Positions 12,921 through 26,099 of a stretch of DNA of 64,000 bases are shown one piece after another. Below the pieces are notes generated by a model. The model ran no database searches. It was given only the letters and a program-made list of their open reading frames with translations, and had not been told where the DNA came from. Position 1 is the stretch's first letter, and every line of letters begins with the position of its first letter. The position numbers were made by a program, and so were the translations under genes. The stretch comes from Azolla caroliniana (taxonomy: Eukaryota; Plantae; Polypodiophyta), in the NCBI GenBank assembly GCA_043228905.1, contig JBHGNT010000046.1:124001-188000 (forward strand), given 5' to 3'.

Positions 12921-14569
12921 GCATGTTTGAATACAAAAATCCGATATCACACTCGCCAGGTATGAACATTTTAATTTTCCTACTAGCTCTTCCCAACTCA
13001 CTCCTCAAATTTGGTAATTTCGTCATGTCTCTCGACCTGAGTTTCAAAATCTTGATTTTTTAATTCCATATCATAGCTAGCGCTGTTAGCTGCGATTCGC
13101 ATGTTTGAACACAAAAATCCGATATCACACGAGCAAGGTATGAACATTTTGTTTTACTCAAGGGCTCTTCTCAACTCCCTTCTCATGTTTGGTAATTTCG
13201 TCATGTCTCTCGACCTGAGTTTCAAAATCTTGATTTTTTAATTCCATATCATAGCTAGCGTTGTTAGCTTCGATTCGCATGTTTGAACACAAAAATCCGA
13301 TATCACACGAGCCAGGTATGAACATTGTATTTTACTCAAGGGCTCCTCTCAACTCCCTCCTGAAATTTGGTAATTTGATCATGTCTCTTGACTTGAGTTT
13401 CAAAATCTTGATTTTTTAATTCCATATCATAGCTAGCGTTGTTAGCTTCGATTCGCATGTTTGAACACAAAAATCCGATATCACACGAGCCAGGTATGAA
13501 CATTTTAATTTACTCAAGGGCTCCTCTCAACTCACTCCTCAAATTTGGTAATTTCGTCATGTCTCTGGACCTGAGTTTCAAAATCTTGATTTTTTAATTC
13601 CATATCATAGCTAGCGCTGTTACCTTCGATTCGCATGTTTGAACACAAAAAGCCGATATCACACGAGCAAGGAATGAACATTTTAATTTACTCAAGGGCT
13701 CCTTTCAACTCACTCTTGAAATTTGGTAATTTCATCATGTCTCTCGACCTGAGTTTCAAAATCTTGATTTTTTAATTCCATATCATAGCTAGCGTTGTTA
13801 GCTTCGATTCGCTTGTTTGAACACAAAAATCCGATATCACACTCGCCAGGTATGAACATCTTAATTTACTCAAGGGCTCCTTTCAACTCACTCCTGAAAT
13901 TTGGTAATTTCATCATGTCTCTCGACCTGAGTTTCAAAATCTTGATTTTTTAATTCCATATCATAGCTAGCGCTGTTAGCTGCGATTCGCATGTTTGAAC
14001 ACAAAAATTCGATATCACAAGAGCCAGGTATGAACATTTTAATTTACTCAAGGGCTCCTCTCAACTCACTCCTCTAATTTGGTAATTTCGTCATGTCTCT
14101 GGACCTGAGTTTCAATATCTTCATTTTTTAATTCCATATCATAGCTAGCGTTGTTAGCTTCGATTCGCATGTTTGAACACAAAAATCCGATATCACACGA
14201 GCCAGGTATGAACATTTTAATTTACTCAAGGGCTCCTCCCAACTCACTCCTCAAATTTGGTAATTTCGTCATGTCTCTCGACCTGAGTTTCAAAATCTTG
14301 ATTTTTTAATTCCATATCATAGCTAGCGTTGTTAGCTTCGATTCGCATGTTTGAACACAAAAATCCGATATCACACTCGCCAGGTATGAACATTTTAATT
14401 TTCCTACTAGCTCTTCCCAACTCACTCCGCAAATTTGGTAATTTCGTCATGTCTCTCGACCTGAGTTTCCAAATCTTGATTTTTTCATACAATATCATAT
14501 CTAGCGTTGTTAGCTTCGATTTGCATGTTTGAGCACAAAAATTCGATATCACACGAGCCAGGTATGAAC

Positions 14570-17500
14570 ATTTTAATTTACTCAAGGGCTCCTTTCAACT
14601 CACTCTTGAAATTTGGTAATTTCATCATGTCTCTCGACCTGAGTTTCAAAATCTTGATTTTTTAATTCCATATCATAGCTAGCGTTGTTAGCTTCGATTC
14701 GCATGTTTGAACACAAAAATCCGATATCACACTCGCCACGTATGAACATTTTAATTTTCCTACTAGCTCTTCCCAACTCACTCCTCAAATTTGGTAATTT
14801 CGTCATGTCTCTCGACCTGAGTTTCCAAATCTTTATTTTTTCATACCATATCATAGCTAGCGTTGTTAGCTTCGATTCGCATGTTTGAGCACAAAAATTC
14901 GATATCACAGGAGCCAGGTATGAACATTTTCATTTACTCAAGGGCTCCTCTCAAGTCACTCCTCAAATTTGGTAATTTCGTCATGTCTCTCGACCTGAGT
15001 TTCAAAATCTTGATTTTTTAATTCCATATCATAGCTAGCGTTGTTAGCTTCGATTCGCATTTTTGAGCACAAAAATTCGATATCACACTCGCCAGGTATG
15101 AACATTTTAATTTACTCAAGGCCTCCTCTCAACTAACTCCTCAAATTTGGTAATTTCGTCATGTCTCTCGACCTGAGTTTCAAAATCTTGATTTTTTAAT
15201 TCCATATCATAGCTAGCGTTGTTAGCTTCGATTCGCATGTTTGAACACAAAAATCCGATAGCACACTAGCCAGGTATGAACATTTTAATTTACTCAAGGG
15301 CTCCTTTCAACTCACTCTTGAAATTTGGTAATTTCATCATGTCTCTCGACCTGAGTTTCAAAATCTTGATTTTTTAATTCCATATCATAGCTAGCGTTGT
15401 TAGCTTCGATTCGCATGTTTGAACACAAAAATCCGATATCACACTCGCCACGTATGAACATTTTAATTTTCCTACTAGCTCTTCCCAACTCACTCCTCAA
15501 ATTTGGTAATTTCGTCATGTCTCTCGACCTGAGTTTCCAAATCTTAATTTTTTCATACCATATCATAGCTAGCGTTGTTAGCTTCGATTCGCATGTTTGA
15601 GCACAAAAATTCGATATCACAGGAGCCAGGTATGAACATTTTCATTTACTCAAGGGCTCCTCTCAACTCACTCCTCAAATTTGGTAATTTCGTCATGTCT
15701 CTCGACCTGAGTTTCAAAATCTTGATTTTTTAATTCCATATCATAGCTAGCGTTGTTAGCTTCGATTCGCATGTATGAGCACAAAAATTCGATATCACAA
15801 GAGCCAGGTATGAACATTTTAATTTACTCAAGGGCTCCTCTCAACTCACTCCTCTAATTTGGTAATTTCGTCATGTCTCTGGACCTGAGTTTCAATATCT
15901 TCATTTTTTAATTCCATATCATAGCTAGCGTTGTTAGCTTCGATTCGCATGTTTGAACACAAAAATCCGATATCACACGAGCCAGGTATGAACATTTTAA
16001 TTTACTCAAGGGCTCCTTTCAACTCACTCTTGGAATTTGGTAATTTCATCATGTCTCTCGACCTGAGTTTCAAAATCTTGATTTTTTAATTCCATATCAT
16101 AGCTAGCGTTGTTAGCTTCGATTCGCATGTTTGAACACAAAAATCCGATATCACACTCGCCACGTATGAACATTTTAATTTTCCTACTAGCTCTTCCCAA
16201 CTCACTCCTCAAATTTGGTAATTTCGTCATGTCTCTCGACCTGAGTTTCCAAATCTTAATTTTTTCATACCATATCATAGCTAGCGTTGTTAGCTTCGAT
16301 TCGCATGTTTGAGCACAAAAATTCGATATCACAGGAGCCAGGTATGAACATTTTCATTTACTCAAGGGCTCCTCTCAACTCACTCCTCAAATTTGGTAAT
16401 TTCGTCATGTCTCTCGACCTGAGTTTCAAAATCTTGATTTTTTAATTCCATATCATAGCTAGCGTTGTTAGCTTCGATTCGCATTTTTGAGCACAAAAAT
16501 TCGATATCACACTCGCCAGGTATGAACATTTTAATTTACTCAAGGCCTCCTCTCAACTAACTCCTCAAATTTGGTAATTTCGTCATGTCTCTCGACCTGA
16601 GTTTCAATATCTTGATTTTTTAATTCCATATCATAGCTAGCGTTGTTAGCTTCGATTCGCATGTTTGAACACAAAAATCCGATAGCACACTAGCCAGGTA
16701 TGAACATTTTAATTTACTCAAGGGCTCCTTTCAACTCACTCTTGAAATTTGGTAATTTCATCATGTCTCTCGACCTGAGTTTCAAAATCTTGATTTTTTA
16801 ATTCCATATCATAGCTAGCGTTGTTAGCTTCGATTCGCATGTTTGAACACAAAAATCCGATATCACACTCGCCACGTATGAACATTTTAATTTTCCTACT
16901 AGCTCTTCCCAACTCACTCCTCAAATTTGGTAATTTCGTCATGTCTCTCGACCTGAGTTTCCAAATCTTAATTTTTTCATACCATATCATAGCTAGCGTT
17001 GTTAGCTTCGATTCGCATGTTTGAGCACAAAAATTCGATATCACACGAGCCAGGTACGAACATTTTCATTTACTCAAGGGCTCCTCTCAACTCACTCCTC
17101 AAATTTGGTAATTTCGTCATGTCTCTCGACCTGAGTTTCAAAATCTTGATTTTTTAATTCCATATCATAGCTAGCGTTGTTAGCTTCGATTCGCATGTTT
17201 GAGCACAAAAATTCGATATCACAAGAGCCAGGTATGAACATTTTAATTTACTCAAGGGCTCCTCTCAACTCACTCCTCTAATTTGGTAATTTCGTCATGT
17301 CTCTGGACCTGAGTTTCAATATCTTCATTTTTTAATTCCATATCATAGCTAGCGTTGTTAGCTTCGATTCGCATGTTTGAACACAAAAATCCGATATCAC
17401 ACGAGCCAGGTATGAACATTTTAATTTACTCAAGGGCTCCTCTCAACTCCCTCCTAAAATTTGCTAATTTCGTCATGTCTCTCGACCTGAGTTTCAGAAT

Positions 17501-20000
17501 CTTGATTTTTTAATTCCATATCATAGCTAGCGTTGCTAGCTTCGATTCGCATGTTTGAACACAAAAATCCGATATCACACTCGCCAGGTATGAACATTTT
17601 AATTTACTCAAGGGCTCCTCTCAACTCACTCCTCAAATTTGGTAATTTCGTCATGTCTCTCGACCTGAGTTTCCAAATCTTAATTTTTTCATACCATATC
17701 ATAGCTAGCGTTGTTAGCTTCGATTCGCATGTTTGAGCACAAAAATTCGATATCACAGGAGCCAGGTATGAACATTTTCATTTACTCAAGGGCTCCTCTA
17801 AACTCACTCCTCAAATTTGGTAATTTCGTCATGTCTCTCGACCTGAGTTTCAAAATCTTGATTTTTTAATTCCATATCATAGCTAGCGTTGTTAGCTTCG
17901 ATTCGCATGTTTGAGCACAAAAATTCGATATCACAAGAGCCAGGTATGAACATTTTAATTTACTCAAGGGCTCCTCTCAACTCACTCCTCTAATTTGGTA
18001 ATTTTGTCATGTCTCTGGACCTGAGTTTCAATATCTTCATTTTTTAATTCCATATCATAGCTAGCGTTGTTAGCTTCGATTCGCATGTTTGAACACAAAA
18101 ATCCGATATCACACGAGCCAGGTATGAACATTTTAATTTACTCAAGGGCTCCTCCCAACTCAAGGGCTCCTCGACCTGAGTTTCAAAATCTTGATTTTTT
18201 AATTCCATATCATAGCTAGCGTTGTTAGCTTCGATTCGCATGTTTGAACACAAAAATCCGATATCACACTCGCCACGTATGAACATTTTAATTTTCCTAC
18301 TAGCTCTTCCCAACTCACTCCTCAAATTTGGTAATTTCGTCATGTCTCTCGACCTGAGTTTCCAAATCTTAATTTTTTCATACCATATCATAGCTAGCGT
18401 TGTTAGCTTCGATTCGCATGTTTGAGCACAAAAATTCGATATCACAGGAGCCAGGTATGAACATTTTCATTTACTCAAGGGCTCCTCTCAAGTCACTCCT
18501 CAAATTTGGTAATTTCGTCATGTCTCTCGACCTGAGTTTCAAAATCTTGATTTTTTAATTCCATATCATAGCTAGCGTTGTTAGCTTCGATTCGCATTTT
18601 TGAGCACAAAAATTCGATATCACACTCGCCAGGTATGAACATTTTAATTTACTCAAGGCCTCCTCTCAACTGACTCCTCAAATTTGGTAATTTCGTCATG
18701 TCTCTCGACCTGAGTTTCAAAATCTTGATTTTTTAATTCCATATCATAGCTAGCGTTGTTAGCTTCGATTCGCATGTTTGAACACAAAAATCCGATAGCA
18801 CACTCGCCACGTATGAACATTTTAATTTACTCAAGGGCTCCTTTCAACTCACTCTTGAAATTTGGTAATTTCATCATGTCTCTCGACCTGAGTTTCAAAA
18901 TCTTGATTTTTTAATTCCATATCATAGCTAGCGTTGTTAGCTTCGATTCGCATGTTTGAACACAAAAATTCGATATCACACTCGCCACGTATGAACATTT
19001 TAATTTTCCTACTAGCTCTTCCCAACTCACTCCTCAAATTTGGTAATTTCGTCATGTCTCTCGACCTGAGTTTCCAAATCTTAATTTTTTCATACCATAT
19101 CATAGCTAGCGTTGTTAGCTTCGATTCGCATGTTTGAGCACAAAAATTCGATATCACAGGAGCCAGGTATGAACATTTTCATTTACTCAAGGGCTCCTCT
19201 CAACTCACTCCTCAAATTTGGTAATTTCGTCATGTCTCTCGACCTGAGTTTCAAAATCTTGATTTTTTAATTCCATATCATAGCTAGCGTTGTTAGCTTC
19301 GATTCGCATGTATGAGCACAAAAATTCGATATCACAAGAGCCAGGTATGAACATTTTAATTTACTCAAGGGCTCCTCTCAACTCACTCCTCTAATTTGGT
19401 AATTTCGTCATGTCTCTGGACCTGAGTTTCAATATCTTCATTTTTTAATTCCATATCATAGCTAGCGTTGTTAGCTTCGATTCGCATGTTTGAACACAAA
19501 AATCCGATATCACACGAGCCAGGTATGAACATTTTAATTTACTCAAGGGCTCCTTTCAACTCACTCTTGAAATTTGGTAATTTCATCATGTCTCTCGACC
19601 TGAGTTTCAAAATCTTGATTTTTTAATTCCATATCATAGCTAGCGTTGTTAGCTTCGATTCGCATGTTTGAACACAAAAATCCGATATCACACTCGCCAC
19701 GTATGAACATTTTAATTTTCCTACTAGCTCTTCCCAACTCACTCCTCAAATTTGGTAATTTCGTCATGTCTCTCGACCTGAGTTTCCAAATCTTAATTTT
19801 TTCATACCATATCATAGCTAGCGTTGTTAGCTTCGATTCGCATGTTTGAGCACAAAAATTCGATATCACAGGAGCCAGGTATGAACATTTTCATTTACTC
19901 AAGGGCTCCTCTCAACTCACTCCTCAAATTTGGTAATTTCGTCATGTCTCTCGACCTGAGTTTCAAAATCTTGATTTTTTAATTCCATATCATAGCTAGC
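14570..20000 (+). repeat. 4-mer (712 bp) higher-order repeat with two alternating subtypes (8-mer), partly re-duplicated at offset 3,537 bp
   Basis: The TTCCTACTAGCTCTTCC monomer recurs every 712 bp (ORFs 14685, 15397, 16109, 16821; 18222, 18934, 19646). Private SNPs CAAGTCAC (about 14955/18492) and ATGTATGAG (about 15775/19312) recur at 20x178 - 23. Confidence 0.85.
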
Positions 20001-23000
20001 GTTGTTAGCTTCGATTCGCATGTTTGAACACAAAAATCCGATATCACACGAGCTAGGTATGAACATTTTAATTTACTCAAGGGCTCCTCTCAACTCACTC
20101 CTCTAATTTGGTAATTTCGTCATGTCTCTGGACCTGAGTTTCAATATCTTCATTTTTTAATTCCATATCATAGCTAGCGTTGTTAGCTTCGATTCGCATG
20201 TTTGAACACAAAAATCCGATATCACACGAGCCAGGTATGAACATTTTAATTTACTCAAGGGCTCCTCTCAACTCCCTCCTAAAATTTGGTAATTTCGTCA
20301 TGTCTCTCGACCTGAGTTTCAAAATCTTGATTTTTTAATTCCATATCATAGCTAGCGTTGCTAGCTTCGATTCGCATGTTTGAGCACAAAAATTCGATAT
20401 CACAGGAGCCAGGTATGAACATTTTAATTTACTCAAGGGCTCCTCTCAACTCACTCCTCAAATTTGGTAATTTCGTCATGTCTCTCGACCTGAGTTTCAA
20501 AATCTTGATTTTTTAATTCCATATCATAGCTAGCGTTGTTAGCTTTGATTCGCATGTTTGAACACGAAAATCCGATATCACACGAGCCAGGTATGAACAT
20601 TTTCATTTACTCAAGGGCTCCTCTCAACTCACTCCTCAAATTTGCTAATTTCGTCATGTCTCTCGACCTGAGTTTCAAAATCTTGATTTTTTAATTCCAT
20701 ATCATAGCTAGCGTTGTTAGCTTCGATTCGCATGTTTGAACACAAAAATCCGATATCACACTCGCCAGGTATGAACATTTTAATTTTCCTACTAGCTCTT
20801 CCCAACTCACTCCTCAAATTTGGTAATTTCGTCATGTCTCTCGACCTGAGTTTCCAAATCTTAATTTTTTCATACCATATCATAGCTAGCGTTGTTAGCT
20901 TCGATTCGCATGTTTGAGCACAAAAATTCGATATCACAAGAGCCAGGTATGAACATTTTAATTTACTCAAGGGCTCCTTTCAACTCACTCTTGAAATTTG
21001 GTAATTTCATCATGTCTCTCAAACTGAGTTTCAAAATCTTGATTTTTTAATTCCATATCATAGCTAGCGTTGTTAGCTTCGATTCGCATGTATGAGCACA
21101 AAAATTCGATATCACAAGAGCCAGGTATGAACATTTTAATTTACTCAAGGGCTCCTCTCAACTCACTCCTCTAATTTGGTAATTTCGTCATGTCTCTGGA
21201 CCTGAGTTTCAATATCTTCATTTTTTAATTCCATATCATAGCTAGCGTTGTTAGCTTCGATTCGCATGTTTGAACACAAAAATCCGATATCACACGAGCC
21301 AGGTATGAACATTTTAATTTACTCAAGGGCTCCTCCCAACTCACTCCTCAAATTTGGTAATTTCGTCATGTCTCTCGACCTGAGTTTCAAAATCTTGATT
21401 TTTTAATTCCATATCATAGCTAGCGTTGTTAGCTTCGATTCGCATGTTTGAACACAAAAATCCGATATCACACTCGCCAGGTATGAACATTTTAATTTTC
21501 CTACTAGCTCTTCCCAACTCACTCCGCAAATTTGGTAATTTCGTCATGTCTCTCGACCTGAGTTTCCAAATCTTGATTTTTTCATACAATATCATATCTA
21601 GCGTTGTTAGCTTCGATTTGCATGTTTGAGCACAAAAATTCGATATCACACGAGCCAGGTATGAACATTTTAATTTACTCAAGGGCTCCTTTCAACTCAC
21701 TCTTGAAATTTGGTAATTTCATCATGTCTCTCAAACTGAGTTTCAAAATCTTGATTTTTTAATTCCATATCATAGCTAGCGTTGTTAGCTTCGATTCGCA
21801 TGTTTGAACACAAAAATCCGATATCACACTCGCCACGTATGAACATTTTAATTTTCCTACTAGCTCTTCCCAACTCACTCCTCAAATTTGGTAATTTCGT
21901 CATGTCTCTCGACCTGAGTTTCCAAATCTTAATTTTTTCATACCATATCATAGCTAGCGTTGTTAGCTTCGATTCGCATGTTTGAGCACAAAAATTCGAT
22001 ATCACAGGAGCCAGGTATGAACATTTTCATTTACTCAAGGGCTCCTCTCAACTCACTCCTCAAATTTGGTAATTTCGTCATGTCTCTCGACCTGAGTTTC
22101 AAAATCTTGATTTTTTAATTCCATATCATAGCTAGCGTTGTTAGCTTCGATTCGCATGTTTGAGCACAAAAATACGATATCACAAGAGCCAGCTATGAAC
22201 ATTTTAATTTACTCAAGGGCTCCTCTCAACTCACTCCTCTAATTTGGTAATTTCGTCATGTCTCTGGACCTGAGTTTCAATATCTTCATTTTTTAATTCC
22301 ATATCATAGCTAGCGTTGTTAGCTTCGATTCGCATGTTTGAACACAAAAATCCGATATCACACGAGCCAGGTATGAACATTTTAATTTACTCAAGGGCTC
22401 CTCTCAACTCCCTCCTAAAATTTGCTAATTTCGTCATGTCTCTCGACCTGAGTTTCAAAATCTTGATTTTTTAATTCCATATCATAGCTAGCGTTGCTAG
22501 CTTCGATTCGCATGTTTGAACACAAAAATCCGATATCACACTCGCCAGGTATGAACATTTTAATTTACTCAAGGGCTCCTCGCAACTCACTCCTCAAATT
22601 TGGTAATTTCGTCATGTCTCTCGACCTGAGTTTCGAAATCTTGATTTTTTAATTCCATATCATAGCTAGCGTTGTTAGCTTTGATTCGCATGTTTGAACA
22701 CGAAAATCCGATATCACACGAGCCAGGTATGAACATTTTCATTTACTCAAGGGCTCCTCTCAACTCACTCCTCAAATTTGCTAATTTCGTCATGTCTCTC
22801 GACCTGAGTTTCAAAATCTTGATTTTTTAATTCCATATCATAGCTAGCGTTGTTAGCTTCGATTCGCATGTTTGAACACAAAAATCCGATATCACACTCG
22901 CCACGTATGAACATTTTAATTTTCCTACTAGCTCTTCCCAACTCACTCCTCAAATTTGGTAATTTCGTCATGTCTCTCGACCTGAGTTTCCAAATCTTAA

Positions 23001-26000
23001 TTTTTTCATACCATATCATAGCTAGCGTTGTTAGCTTCGATTCGCATGTTTGAGCACAAAAATTCGATATCACAAGAGCCAGGTATGAACATTTTAATTT
23101 ACTCAAGGGCTCCTCTCAACTCACTCCTCTAATTTGGTAATTTTGTCATGTCTCTGGACCTGAGTTTCAATATCTTCATTTTTTAATTCCATATCATAGC
23201 TAGCGTTGTTAGCTTCGATTCGCATGTTTGAAAACAAAAATCCGATATCACACGAGCCAGGTATGAACATTTTAATTTACTCAAGGGCTCCTCCCAACTC
23301 ACTCCTCAAATTTGGTAATTTCGTCATGTCTCTCGACCTGAGTTTCAAAATCTTGATTTTTTAATTCCATATCATAGCTAGCGTTGTTAGCTTCGATTCG
23401 CATGTTTGAACACAAAAATCCGATATCACACTCGCCAGGTATGAACATTTTAATTTTCCTACTAGCTCTTCCCAACTCACTCCGCAAATTTGGTAATTTC
23501 GTCATGTCTCTCGACCTGAGTTTCCAAATCTTGATTTTTTCATACAATATCATATCTAGCGTTGTTAGCTTCGATTTGCATGTTTGAGCACAAAAATTCG
23601 ATATCACACGAGCCAGGTATGAACATTTTAATTTACTGAAGGGCTCCTCTCAACTCACTCCTCAAATTTGGTAATTTCGTCATGTCTCTCGACCTGAGTT
23701 TCAAAATCTTGATTTTTTAATTCTATATCATAGCTAGCGTTGTTAGCTTCGATTCGCATGTTTGACCACAAAAATCCGATATCACACGAGCCAGGTATGA
23801 ACATTGTATTTTACTCAAGGGCTCCTCTCATCTCCCTCCTAAAATTTGGTAATTTCATCATGTCTTTCGACCTGAGTTTCAAAATCTTGATTTTTTAATT
23901 CCATATCATAGGTAGCGTTGTTAGCTTCGATTCGCATGTTTGACCACAAAAATCCGATATCACACGAGCCAGGTATGAACATTGTATTTTACTCAAGGGC
24001 TCCTCTCAACTCACTCCTCAAATTTGGTAATTTCGTCATGTCTCTCGACCTGAGTTTCAAAATCTTGATTTTTTAATTCTATATCATAGCTAGCGTTGTT
24101 AGCTTCGATTCGCATGTTTGACCACAAAAATCCGATATCACACGAGCCAGGTATGAACATTGTGTTTTACTCAAGGGCTCCTCTCATCTCCCTCCTAAAA
24201 TTTGGTAATGTCATCATGTCTTTCGACCTGAGTTTCAAAATCTTGATTTTTTAATTCCATATGATAGCTAGCGCTGTTAGCTTCGATTCGCATGTTTGAA
24301 CACAAAAATCCGATATCACACGAGCCAGGTATGAACATTTTAATTTACTCAAGGGCTCCTCCCAACTCACTCCTCAAATTTGCTAATTTCGTCATGTCTC
24401 TCGACCTGAGTTTCAAAATCTTGATTTTTTAATTCCATATCATAGCTAGCGTTGTTAGCTTCGATTCGCATGTTTGAACACAAAAATCCGATATCACACT
24501 CGCCACGTATGAACATTTTAATTTTCCTACTCTCTCTTCCCAACTCACTCCGCAAATTTGGTAATTTCGTCATGTCTCTCGACCTGAGTTTCCAAATCTT
24601 GATTTTTTCAGACAATATCATAGCTAGCGTTGTTAGCTTCGATTTGCATGTTTGAGCACAAAAATTCGATATCACACGAGCCAGGTATGAACATTTTAAT
24701 TTACTCAAGGGCTCCTCTCAACTCACTCCTCAAATTTGGTAATTTCGTCATGTCTCTCGACCTGAGTTTCAAAATCTTGATTTTTTAATTCTATATCATA
24801 GCTAGCGTTGTTAGCTTCGATTCGCATGTTTGACCACAAAAATCCGATATCACACGAGCCAGGTATGAACATTGTATTTTATTCAAGGGCTCCTCTCATC
24901 TCCCTCCTAAAATTTAGTAATTTCATCATGTCTTTCGACCTGAGTTTCAAAATCTTGATTTTTTAATTCCATATGATAGCTAGCGTTGTTAGCTTCGATT
25001 CGCATGTTTGCACACAAAAATCCGATATCACACGAGCCAGGTATGAACATTTTAATTTACTCAAGGGCTCCTCCCAACTCACTCCTCAAATTTGGTAATT
25101 TCGTCATGTCTCTCGACCTGAGTTTCAAAATCTTGATTTTTTAATTCCATATCATAGCTAGCGTTGTTAGCTTCGATTCGCATGTTTGAACACAAAAATC
25201 CGATATCACACTCGCCAGGTATGAACATTTTAATTTACCTCCAAGCTATTCTCAACTCACTCGTCAAATTTGGTAATTTCATCATGTCTTTCGACCTGAG
25301 TTTCAAAATCTCGATTTTTTAATTCCATATCATAGCTAGTGTTGTTAGCTTCGATTCGCATGTTTGATCACAAAAATCCGATATCACACTCGCCACGTAT
25401 GAACATTTTAATTTTCCTACTAGGTCTTCCCAACTCACTCCTCAAATTTGGTAATTTCGTCATGTCTCTCGACCTGAGTTTCCAAATCTTAATTTTTTAA
25501 TTCCATATCATAGGTAGCGTTGTTAGCTTCGATTCGCATGTTTGACCACAAAAATCCGATATCACACGAGCCAGGTATGAACATTGTATTTTACTCAAGG
25601 GCTCCTCTCAACTCCCTCCTAAAATTTGGTAATTTCATCATGTCTCTGGACCTGAGTTTCAATATCTTGATTTTTTAATTCCATATCATAGCTAGCGTTG
25701 TTAGCTTCGATTCGCAGGTTTGAACACAAAAATCCGATATCACACGAGCCAGGTATGAACATTTTAATTTACTCAAGGGCTCCTCCGAACTCACTCGTCA
25801 AATTTGGTAATTTCATCATGTCTCTCGACCTGAGTTTCAAAATCTTGATTTTTTAATTCCATATCATAGCTAGCGTTGTTAGCTTCGATTCGCATGTTTG
25901 AACACAAAAATCCGATATCACACTCGCCACGTATGAACATTTTAATTTTCCTACTAGCTCTTCCCAACTCACTCCGCAAATTTGGTAATTTCGTCATGTC

Positions 26001-26099
26001 TCTCGACCTGAGTTTCCAAATCTTGATTTTTTCATACAATATCATAGCTAGCGTTGTTAGCTTCGATTTGCATGTTTGAGCACAAAAATTCGATATCAC

